A stretch of DNA of 64,000 nt from Flectonema sp. DT1601. Taxonomy: Eukaryota. The position numbers were made by a program, and so were the translations under genes. The notes under the pieces were generated by a model. It saw only the letters and a list, made by a program, of their open reading frames with translations, was not told where the DNA came from and searched no databases. Location: the NCBI GenBank assembly GCA_964019425.1, contig OZ025783.1, positions 1,054,001-1,118,000 of the forward strand, in the 5' to 3' direction. Positions 1 through 10,700 of the stretch are shown here, one piece after another. Every line of letters begins with the position of its first letter. Position 1 is the stretch's first letter.

Positions 1-354
1 TCAGCGGAGATGGAATTCCAGCCAACACCGTCCTCCTGGGTGATGGCGATCTTGATAGTGTCGAAGATGTTGAGAAACCTTCTTTAAGATCATCATAATG
101 GAATAGCTGAAGTGCATCTCTCGGTCCTGGAGGTGATCTCAATCGAGGACCTGGAGGAGGATTTGGTTTCGGTGACAGTCTGCGACCAGCATTTGTTTCT
201 GCTGAATATGGTGTTTCCATAAACAACGTTCTCTCCACTCCATTCTCTGAATCCTCGCGTATCTTCTTCAGCAATGATTCTATCTCCTCCGCTTTCTCTC
301 TTTCTTTCGCTAAGTTATAGCGTAGCACTGCAGCTTCCTCCATCTGCTGTGTAC
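1..354 (-). CDS. Partial exon of a hypothetical Pro/Ser-rich protein, running off the window start
   Basis: Open frame YTADGEAAVLRYNLAKERE...RLSPKPNPPPGPRLRSPP...GIPSPL follows a CAG acceptor at 355-357. The upstream exon is uncertain. Confidence 0.55.
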
Positions 355-825
355 TGGATAAGAAGATTTAGTTTATTAATCTCAAAAACTAAACAGTGAA
401 TTGAACCCTCCCCACAGTCCATGTGGATGCTGTTTGAGAACATTATAAGACTTTCATCACAAGATACGTAAAGAACGATTTAAACAGTTGGTCGTTAGAG
501 AGTTCTTTGACTCTCTTTTTCTTTCGGATCTATTTTCTTTCTTCTAAATCATATTCCGAACTGTCAAGGATTCTCCAGAAGAACAATAGGAAAACATAAA
601 TTATTATAAATAATTATCAAGTGGGATATACATGACCTCTATCATGTATGTGTTGTTAGTTTTTTTTCTTAGAAATCTCATAAGGATTACATTTGGTACA
701 ACAGATTCCTCAATAAAAAGAAATTAATTCGAATCATATAAGCATACTACAAGTACTAATGTATTAGTAGTACCATCGCTGTAATATCAAAATAGTGGAA
801 CTCAGGCAAGAGGAAAACGTTAAGA

Positions 826-1416
826 TTAGTGATAAATTGGATCTTCAAACAGAGCGAGGTCTGCAATAGCACCTGCCCATTGAGCTGGTTTCCATCTGCC
901 AAGTTGGCCGATAGTTTCAATGCCAAACCTTTTGAAGTCTTCATTAACACGAGGACCTACTGCTACTAGTGATGCTAGAGGTTCATTACATAAAGATCGA
1001 AGACTCTTAGTCTCGTGTTGCATATCAACAGCTCTGATTAGATTCATCGTTGATTCTTCACTTCCTCCTGATGTTCGTTCTGTTTGAGCCATAATACTTA
1101 TGGAATGAGCTAATTTATAAACTTCCCACCTCGCTAAGTCTTCAACTGTTGCTATGCCATACCTTCTAAGAACATCGCAATCAGATTCATCAATTCCGGT
1201 TAGTATACTCGGCTTGTGTCGTAGTAGTGAATGGAAATTAGCTTTCTTCCCTCCCTTCTGCAGAGCATCCGAAATATTCAACTTCGTTGCGGAATAATCA
1301 ACAGAGACTCGAGGTTCTGCTGTGCTAATTGATACTCGTTGTGACCTCGGTGTCTTGGGGGTCCTGTCTCCACCAAAGTCTCGCATTCGTTTGTCCTTTC
1401 CTCCTCCGGACTGCAT
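826..1416 (-). CDS. Hypothetical protein with two ~70-aa helix-hairpin-helix-like repeats
   Basis: 196-aa ORF with an internal duplication (GIATVEDLARW / GIETIGQLGRW). AACAG lies just upstream of the ATG. Confidence 0.75.
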   Translation of the reverse strand: MQSGGGKDKRMRDFGGDRTPKTPRSQRVSISTAEPRVSVDYSATKLNISDALQKGGKKANFHSLLRHKPSILTGIDESDCDVLRRYGIATVEDLARWEVYKLAHSISIMAQTERTSGGSEESTMNLIRAVDMQHETKSLRSLCNEPLASLVAVGPRVNEDFKRFGIETIGQLGRWKPAQWAGAIADLALFEDPIYH

Positions 1417-4148
1417 GTTTACTACTTTAGCTTCCTTAGAACTGTTAAATAAATAAAATAATGAACAATACTCACATTTGGTCTTACACAGAAATCACAA
1501 ATTGTTTGACTTTTCCTATTCCAGCGTATTCTAAGGCAACAAGTAACCTTCCGAAATCCCTTTTTACTGTTCAGTGCTTCAGTTGCTCACGAGTACATTA
1601 TTGACTGACTCTGATATAAATGAGATGTACACAGAAATCATACTTTCACAACACGGTAACCAGAATCACGTGGGATTGGGAAGGCGTGGGGGTGGTGAGG
1701 GTGGTGAGCAGTCTTTACAAACGGCTCATTTTCAACGAAGCGAATAAGTTACTGGCAAGTAGCCAAACAAGCAGCACGGCGAGCGATTATCAAGAAAAGA
1801 AAAGAAAAGGAAAAACCAGAAGAAACACAACAATAGACAACATACAAAAAAAAAAAAAGAAAATGAATAACGGGTGGCTAAAGAAAGAAGCATTGCAGGG
1901 GGAACACGACTTGTTCGGCCTCTTTTAATCGGAAAAAAAAGGGGGTGAAACTTCGACTATCAGATTATCGTCCCATTCCCTGTAGTCCGTTACAACTTAC
2001 AAAAGGGGGAAAGAAGAAAAAAGGCAACCCTGCTAATAGAATCTGTCGGTGGTATCACACTACCACCTGTCACGGATCACCATCAGGTACGTAAGAACTA
2101 TCTTCGTACCATTCATAGAGTTAATCGGAAACAACAATAGTGTTTAATTTTTTTATTTTAAAAGTCATGGAATGTCAAACACGCTTGCTTTCAGAAAGAG
2201 AAGTTGTTTCCTTTTTTTTTTTTTTTTTTTTTTTGACAACCCCTCTTCGGATTAGAAACTAAAAAAAAATTAACCGAGACTGACAATCCAATACTTGTGT
2301 AGCATTTTGTGGGATTCACAGGTACACGAAAATACACAGAACCACATTAAAGATTGAAACTACCACCTGCTCACATACACATATCAGGTACGCAATGTAC
2401 TTACAGAACAAAAAGCACAAACCGTAGTTAAAACTGCCTTTTTTTTGGATGAAAGGATGACCATTCTCGTGAAAAGTGCAAAGGCAAAGAAGGGGGGGGG
2501 AAATGAAATACGAAAAAAAACGGAAAGGCTCCATAATAAGGGGGAAAAAAAAAAGAGAATTCGTACACGCAAAGAACTATTCCGACAGACCGCGCTCAGG
2601 ATGATCAGGATGATAGCCAGAGTACAGTTAGATAAAAGTCATGACTGAAAGGAATACGAAAAGTTTTTAAAAAATAAAAAATATAAAAAAAACATCGAGA
2701 AGGACTCGATACTTGCCCGTCTTGCACTAACTTACCAATAAGTTTTTATTGGGAATGAGGGCCTATGTAGAAATAGATTTTTTCCACATACATCATCCCA
2801 ACAAGTGAACACGGAGTTCAGCTGCAAAGAAAAAAAGCGAAACTCTCCACTAACTTGTTTGATTGAAAAATCCAACGTGTCCCATTTAGTCGCTGGAATT
2901 ATGAGATGAACCAAATGTCAATCACGAAATGGGACATCAGGGTATTGGTTGCCTCTTTATTATTATTCTTTTTTTTTCTTTGTTCTATTCCTTGTATGTT
3001 AGTAATTTTTCTACTATGGTGTGGTCTGGGAGTGGAATGAGACCCTTTCTTTTTTTTTTTTTTTTTTGGGAAAAGGGGATTATCGGCAGCAGCTTAACTT
3101 TCAATAGAGACATTGAGAAGCACATACTCTGAACAATAAATAAAAAAAAAAAAAAAGAACGGGGGAAAAAAAAATTTAAAAAGAATTATTCGCAAAGAAT
3201 TTACAAATCGCCTACATATTTTATTCATACAAAAATCTGTGCGCAACTCTTTTATTGCTTCTCTCTTGCTACTTCCTTCATTACTGACATCATAAACACT
3301 CAATAATATCAAAAAAGACACTATATACTGGCGCATTAAGTGCCATTACAAGAAACTGGGATGAGCTGGGGAGGGGAAGTCACTTTAATTATCTCACTTC
3401 ACTTCGTCTTTTTTTTTTTGTTTTTTGTTTTTTTTTTTTTTTTTAATCTTTCGTTTTTTTTTTTTTTTGTTTTTTTTTTTGTTTTTTTTTAATTTATTTT
3501 TTTGTTTTTTTTGTTTTTTTTTTTTTGTTTTTTTTCCCGTAAATATTGGGTTCATAATGATTAAAAAAAAGTGCCCTCCAGCAAAATTTCTTCAGTCTTA
3601 CAAAATATTTCATCGGACTCTCTCTCAAACGCGATTGGGCTGTCGTAAGGTATGACATTCTTTTTTTTTTTTTTTTTTTTTTTTTTTTGCCAATAATTGA
3701 AACCATAAATTGTCTACTGAGTAGCAAATCACATTGAAAAAGGGGGAAATTTTTCGGACAAGAAGTTGCTCACTATTCGAAGTGTTGTAACGCCTGCTAC
3801 CTGAAGGAATCAGAAAAGCCTTTCGGAAATTTAATTGAAAAAAAGTAAGGGGGGAAAAAAGAGGGGAAAAAAAGACAGAACAGCTTTTTTTTTTCAGTAT
3901 TCCACTCTGGCCTCAAATCTTTCGGCCCCTCGAGCAGGTATGCTGCCTATAAAACAGTTTTTTTTTTTTTTTTTTTAAATTTATGCATCTACTTCGGCGT
4001 TTATCCGCCGAAATCAGATAATGACTTCACAGGCGACGCTGTTATTAAATTTCACTAAATACTACAAGTGAAGTCTCTGGTCTAACATTCAAATGGTCCA
4101 AACTGATCGTCTGGAGATGTGGTGCTTTCACGTTCCTAGTTTTAAGAT

Positions 4149-6803
4149 CTATAATGGAACAGCTGGAACTGGTGTATCAAGACCCACACCATTAACTTGC
4201 ATGGCCTTCGGTATCTGCGGAGATGGAGGTGTATTTAAGAATCCCCAGAAGTGCTCGTACTCCAATGATTCTATCATCGAGTCCGTTATACCGATTGTCG
4301 TCGCTCTGCCGACGGCCTTCTTTGACCAGACAGAGAGAACCAACTCACGAGTCTTATTTTCTTCAATATGTTCCAATCCTTGAAGTGCCTCAACAACGAC
4401 TAAGTAACTGCCGGGTTGAACTTGTGGTACCTTTCGACATATATTAGCATGCGGAGCGAATGCACCATCTAACTGACCTGTTTCATCAAGTATAGTAGCG
4501 TGAGAGTATTGAACACAATTCATTTCACTTCCATCACCCTGTTTGATAACAGTGAATCTGAGGGTTGCAAGATTCTTTAATGGATGGTTAGGTGCGAGTT
4601 CTCTTCCAGTTTCCTGGTGAATAGAAACCCACAAGTCAGTTGGCTTAAGGATATCAAGTTGAACAACAAAGTTCAGAAGACCTGATTCTTCCTGAATATT
4701 TCCCTTCCAACGAACATTCGTTAACTGGGATGGCTCTGCAGGTACGTGTAAGAATCCACACTTCGAAAACCATCTTACGCACTCACTGTATTCCATCCAC
4801 GATGTGTCAACAGCAGGTGGGTAGCCAACTGCTTTTGCTACTTCCGGGTGGTCCTTCCAGCGTCCACTTTTAATAGACCAGAGACCATTACTATCAGAGA
4901 GGTCTACCCAAGGGTTTCTAATCTTAACAAGTTTTAGTAGTTCTCCGTTGTTGAGCTTTACTTCTTTCATATCCAAAACACCAAAACTGTAACCCGCAGC
5001 AAGTCCAACTTCAGCGTAGTCAGCAGCAATATCTTGTGACCGAGCCATGGCTTCCATGTCTACACCATCAGTACTGAAGTATAGACAGCCAGGATTATTG
5101 AAGAACAACTTCTTTAAAGGATCCCATAAATGATCTTCAACATCACCATCAGGGTTTAGATAAGTGACAGGAAAACCTGACATATCACAAAGAGCATCAG
5201 CCGCTTCACCGAAAGCCAGCGCTTGGTAGTAACCATGAAGCTTTGCATAAGCCTTTTCTAGAAGTGACGCCCACGTGTGTTCGATTTCAGCACATGTTGC
5301 AAAACAAGGCAAGTTTCCCGCACATGGAACATAGTCATCAACGACTACATCATGATACCAACCATCTTTACATATCTTTATTCTTACTAAACCACATGCG
5401 TGTTCGTCTTGAATTTGTGCAGAGAATCCAGTTTCTCTATTGTAACCGAAGAGAGGATGGATAAGAGTTTCTGGTTTCTCACACATGATAGTTGTGGCGC
5501 AGAGTAACCAGCAATCAAGTTCTTGTGATCTCACTAAGTAAGGTGATGGACTGACTGTATCAAGAGCCAAGTGACTCGATGCATCAAATGAACGAGGTCG
5601 CCTCCATGGACGAGTTCCTTTATCGTCAAGTTGTAAACTACTGTCAGATGGAGGGAATTCTGGGTCGATGAACATCGTGTCAGTTTCCAGACATAAACTT
5701 ATAAGTTCATCATAATCTTTTTTACACAATGGATTATCAGGTGATGTTTTACCATAAGCTGGGAATAACTGAATGAGTTGAGACAACTCATCCTTAATAG
5801 CGATATTCGCTACATCAGCTCTCACCTGCATAGCAACCTTATCCTCAGGTGCTGCATACGTTGGAAGTGATTCGAGTGAAGTAATTCCATTCGGGAACGA
5901 CCCTTGAATAAATGGCAATGTCTCGTAAGGCATTACTATGATTTCAAACTGACCTTCACTGTTAACGCTGACATCTCGACGTGAAGCTGCAGGGTTGGCT
6001 TGTACTCCAAATCCAGCCTTCAGAGTAATTTGATAATCGAACGTTGCATTAAAAACATAAACTTCATGAGTAGGATGAGTTGGGCTAATCTCTTTTAGAA
6101 TTAAGTAGAGAACATCTTTTCGTAGGACGGTTTCAGTTCCGCGGACATCAGGTTTCTTCCTCTTTTTTAGATTAAAACCAGATGAGCGGAGTCTATCAGG
6201 AGCCGGCCCGTCTTGAGGAGAATGAATTGGAGATTTGTTACCATCACCACCAGCGTGCATTCCATACCAAGTCTTCCTACCTAATGATTCAAAGAAACTG
6301 TTAACTAAGTCAACAGACTTTTCCTTAGCCCATCGCTCCATCGCATCATTCTTACGAGATTCCCACACCTTTTTGTTGTACCGAGCAAGTTTATCTGCAG
6401 GAACTTGCTCATCCAAAAGATGCCAAATTTGTATTTTCGACTGCGAGATCAACACCTTACTGCACTCAATAACAAATTCATTAAACAGACCTCTAAAGGC
6501 TGGTTCCTGGAGGGCTTTTTGATGAAATTTTGGCAGCTCTGATTCGTGTTGATCCAGTGCGCCAGCGATACAAAGTTCGTATTGGGTTTTTCCCGCATAG
6601 AATGTACGTGAGAAGTCCTCATTGTTACCAAAGTAATCTACGTAGACATTGCTGCCGGCTACATTTGCTGGGACGTCTACCTGTGGAGGGTTTATATCGT
6701 CATTCTGGGACTGTAATTTGTTCTTCGAGGAAGCTGCGGCACCTCCTCCTGCACCGGCTGCACCACCCGACCTGCTTGCTGGTTTTGAGTCACTGCAACC
6801 CAT
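4149..6803 (-). CDS. Dual-acylated calpain-like protein (DUF1935 + CysPc + C2L-like), probably inactive
   Basis: N-terminal MGCSDS acylation motif; DUF1935-like FNATFDY...VMPYETLPFIQG; calpain motifs FIDPEFPP, DCWLL, LLEKAYAKLHG, IRNPW. The catalytic His position reads GYSF. Confidence 0.9.
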   Translation of the reverse strand: MGCSDSKPASRSGGAAGAGGGAAASSKNKLQSQNDDINPPQVDVPANVAGSNVYVDYFGNNEDFSRTFYAGKTQYELCIAGALDQHESELPKFHQKALQEPAFRGLFNEFVIECSKVLISQSKIQIWHLLDEQVPADKLARYNKKVWESRKNDAMERWAKEKSVDLVNSFFESLGRKTWYGMHAGGDGNKSPIHSPQDGPAPDRLRSSGFNLKKRKKPDVRGTETVLRKDVLYLILKEISPTHPTHEVYVFNATFDYQITLKAGFGVQANPAASRRDVSVNSEGQFEIIVMPYETLPFIQGSFPNGITSLESLPTYAAPEDKVAMQVRADVANIAIKDELSQLIQLFPAYGKTSPDNPLCKKDYDELISLCLETDTMFIDPEFPPSDSSLQLDDKGTRPWRRPRSFDASSHLALDTVSPSPYLVRSQELDCWLLCATTIMCEKPETLIHPLFGYNRETGFSAQIQDEHACGLVRIKICKDGWYHDVVVDDYVPCAGNLPCFATCAEIEHTWASLLEKAYAKLHGYYQALAFGEAADALCDMSGFPVTYLNPDGDVEDHLWDPLKKLFFNNPGCLYFSTDGVDMEAMARSQDIAADYAEVGLAAGYSFGVLDMKEVKLNNGELLKLVKIRNPWVDLSDSNGLWSIKSGRWKDHPEVAKAVGYPPAVDTSWMEYSECVRWFSKCGFLHVPAEPSQLTNVRWKGNIQEESGLLNFVVQLDILKPTDLWVSIHQETGRELAPNHPLKNLATLRFTVIKQGDGSEMNCVQYSHATILDETGQLDGAFAPHANICRKVPQVQPGSYLVVVEALQGLEHIEENKTRELVLSVWSKKAVGRATTIGITDSMIESLEYEHFWGFLNTPPSPQIPKAMQVNGVGLDTPVPAVPL

Positions 6804-7470
6804 CTCCTGTTCTTAACTGTTAGAAGGAAGTTTAATATATCACATTACTTAGTTAATTAAATTATTAAATTCTTCTAAACGTCGTTGTTTGCTGTTTGAT
6901 GGGAACCTAAGAAAAGAATAAAATAGTTTAGTTCAACACAGGAATCAAGTACCTCCGAAGTAGTCGTATAAATGAAATTTAAGATTAAGATAAATTAGAC
7001 TGCAATGAAATATCAGAAAAGAAAGTAGCAAAGCGGTCAGCGATTCCAAGTAGGTAAAAGAACAAACGGTGGATGAAGGCAAAAAGTATAAAGATTTTCA
7101 CAGTAGTAAAATCATTTTTATTTTGACTAGATAATTGCCGAGTAGATATATATTAGAGACATATTAAAAAAGGAAAAACAAAGAACGTTGTGCACCATAA
7201 CCCCGTAAAAAGGATCATATTGTACCGCCAACTATATTAATTAAGTAAACGCATAACAAAAGGGGACTTTATTCAGCTGCCTTGTGAACCTTTAAAGCCC
7301 TGCCCTGCACATGACATGAAGAAGGACAAGAATAAACAAATTCAGACACATAATAAGGAACTGAACAAATTCGTTGTTTTTTTTAGTATCAGAAAAACAC
7401 CTGCTTTCACAAACAGATAATAAAAATTAAAAAAAGAATTATTTTTGAAAAGGGTAAAGGGATTATTTAC

Positions 7471-7702
7471 GTACTCCCACGTCAGAGGTGAAATTCTTAG
7501 ATCGTGGGAAGACGAACTTCTGCGAAAGCATTCGACAAGAATGTCTTCATTAATCAAGAACGAGAGTGTGGGGATCGAAGATGATCAGATACCGTCGTAG
7601 TCCACTACTGTAAACGATGCCGTCTCAGGATCGAGAGATGCACTTTTGGCTCTCACGGCACTAACCCCTGAAACGAGAAATCAAAGATTATAAATTCAGG
7701 GG
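7471..7702 (+). pseudogene. 18S: Isolated ~230-nt 18S rRNA fragment (post-V4 to V5)
   Basis: GTCAGAGGTGAAATTCTTAGA...GCGAAAGCATT...TTAATCAAGAACGAGAGTGTGGGGATCGAAGATGATCAGATACCGTCGTAGTC...GAGAAATCAAAG. The CCCAC/GTGGG helix is intact and the flanks are not rDNA. Confidence 0.93.
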
Positions 7703-7775
7703 AAAGGGGTGAAATGTTTAAACACATAAACATATGTATTGTATCATAAACCTTACTAATATATGAGACAGCTAC

Positions 7776-10700
7776 TCACTTTAGAACTGTTGTTTTTCTG
7801 GATGAAATCGGAGGTAAGTAACAACCGTCGGCATCGATGTCATCAACGACCTCAGGAACTGGGTCCCTACTAACTGTCGTTGTTTTAATTGAATTACTAT
7901 TATTCATTAGCTGCCTGCTAATGTGAAGTGGTATCGACGTGTTTTGAACTCTGACATAACAAAGTCTTTCTCTGCATTTAATTAACGATTGCAGGTATCG
8001 TCCAGCAACAACAGTAAGTCGTTTGTTACCAGTTAAATCGATCTCTTCTATCGATGGGTGGTCCTGAATAGATTCACAAAGTATTTTAATATCTTCATTA
8101 GAGAGACCATTATCACGAAGAGAGATCTTTCTCAGTCTCGACGCCATTCGAATGACGTCAAGAAAAGGTTTTAAAGAAGCGATGTAGTTGGTGCTCAGAT
8201 CTAATAGTTCTATTGAATAGTCACCTGGAACATTACAACTTGTCTTTGAAAAGAGGGAATTAGGTCTTTGACGATACCTTGAACACTCAAGTAAATAAAT
8301 ATCACGTAGCGAAACGTTTCTAGATTCATATTCAGTCTTCCTGACAGTGAACTCTTCAGATTCAAGTCTGGTGGCTGTGTTTGCGAGACTTGCTTCCTCT
8401 TCATCATCCCAGATGTGACTTCCCATCATTTGAGTTGTTTTCGGTATCGGTGCAACAGTTGAAGAACTACAATAAGATTTTATAGTAAATGGTGTCCAAC
8501 CATCCATTCCATTATCTGCAGTCTGTCCCCTTCCAGGTGTAGATAGCTTTCGATTCGTTTCAAACTTTGCAGGAGTCAAGTTGATATATTTATTCCTCTG
8601 CTGTGATATGAGGAGGAGTTGGTCTCTGTCACTGCTGCGAATGTCTTCTTCGACACATTGAATTTGAGCTTTTAGTTTCTCTGCTGCCTCCATGTCAGCT
8701 GTACTGTCTAACTGATCCATTCTCTCCTTTAAGAGTTCTAATACTCTTCGATTTTGGGATTGTCGTTGTGTTCTCATTTGAAGTATTTTTGTAGTCTTTT
8801 CTCTTCTCAGTCGCATTTCTTCATCGTGTGAGTGGTGTGACAGCGATGCTGTTCTGCTTCCGTCTCGCACCTGTCGCTGACGTTGAATTCTATTTCTGGA
8901 AGCTTCTTGTCGCTCTTTTACTTTTTGGATTTGTTGATCTCTCATTCTCTCGTGTCTCGCTAGTTCTCTTTGCTCCCATTCTAAGATTTTCTGTAATCTG
9001 TGATTTTCTGCTGCTTTATGTTTAGCTCTTAAAAAGGACAAAACCCTATTCTCATTTTCTTTTATCGCTGCTGCGAGTTTCCGTCTTTCTAAATCTTCTC
9101 GGAGTTGCTTTGCAGCAAGTCGGCGTTCCAGTTGCCGTCGCCACTCTTCTTGTTTTGCTGCTAAGTCGCGTAGGCGTTGCAGACGTTCCTTCTCTCGTTT
9201 TATATTATCCAGACGTTGCTGTCGTAGCCATTCTCTCCACTGAGCTTCTCTTTCGAGTTGTCCTTTTTCAAAAATATTTAAATATTTCATTCTGTCGGCA
9301 GCTTTGCGTTCGCGTTCTCGTTGCAACTCTTCTTGGCAGAGTTCCCATGCGCGGTCACCTCTTTGTTCAGATAAAGCTATATGTTGTATTCCTGTCTTTG
9401 CGTCTTTGTAAACTGGTAGACCATCCCAGTCAGAGAAATACTGTGCTCGGATGGCTCCAAATTTCATTGAGCCCCAACCATTACCAAGTTGGGTTTGTTT
9501 TGGATTATAAGGATCAGCTGTTGGATCGTGATGATTAATATTCGAAGACTTTCTATCAGTTGGATGTGACCATCCTCCTCCATGTTGCTTTCTATGAAAT
9601 GAATCATACTGTGAGTCCTTCGCATTTATACTTGAAGTTCTTCTTTCTGTCGATTGTTTAAAAACCTTTCGAATCCTATCAACTTCTTCTTGTTCTAATT
9701 CAATGCGGGAGTTGGATGCTTCATCGACATCCCTGCGATTCCTTGCAGCGAATAGTTTATTTATCTCTTTGTCTCTCTCTGATGATTCTGTTTGCAACCT
9801 CTCGTTTCTTGTCTTTCTGTAATCCAACTCAGCCTGTCGTCGGTTGCGTAATTCAGATAATTGTTGTTCTCGTTGATGTTCGTAGTCGCGTTCTGCTGCA
9901 GAAGTTTCGTCTATTTTTGATTTGATATTGCTGTTCGGAGTTCGTTTATACGCCTTTTCGAGAAGCTCTCGTTGAGACTCAAGATCTCGCTTTCGCTTTG
10001 TATGTAATCTGTTGAGGTATCGCTCTTCACGAGCATGGGAACGGTCTTCTTCATCATCTAACTGTCGAATAGTTCGATGATGTTTTTTATCTTTACGCTC
10101 ACGGCTTTTTTGAAGTTTTTTAATAGCGTTGTGCCACTCTGTAGTACCGTACTTATCGTCACCACTGTCGATTGGTACTTTTAATGTTGTTTTTGTTTGG
10201 TTTCCATCCTCTTTATCGTAGTGAGTCTCTTCAGCTCTGTGCCTCGCTCTTTGAATGTCTGTTTGTAGATCGTCTTGTAGTCGGTCTTGTAAGTCTTCCA
10301 TCTTACGTTCGATATCTCTTGCTGTGTGTTCATGGATTTCAATATCCTCTTCAAGAGCTTGTTCTTCGTCCGTAATCTGTCCTTGTAGATCTTCAACGTC
10401 TCTGATATTTCCGTCTTTCTGAGCTTGGTCTCGTTTCCTTTTAAGTCTAGATATTATGTGTTGGCCTTTGTGTCGTCGACGTTGACCAGTTTTCTTGATC
10501 GCCTTGAGAGCGTTGGCGTCGACTTGTTTTCGTCTTGAAATCCGCTGACGTCGTCTGGCAACGGAAGCATCAAATTCGTCTTCGATAACTGACAGTAAAT
10601 CGCTGTCTGGACTCACAGGAATTTCTGAACCCGTTGTTTGGTCCCAAGCACCTGCCCCATGAGGAGTGCTATCAACTTGACGTTGCAGTTCTTTTAAAGC

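Noticed and set aside
3400..3700. Poly-F and poly-K ORFs from T/A homopolymer tracts (also near 18.1, 44.6, 45.9, 59.3 and 62.7 kb)
   Set aside because: Low-complexity intergenic or UTR tracts, not coding; lengths may include sequencing error.
7342..7557. 71-aa ORF here, and the 68-aa ORF at 56571-56777
   Set aside because: Both overlap 18S rRNA fragments and are not protein-like.
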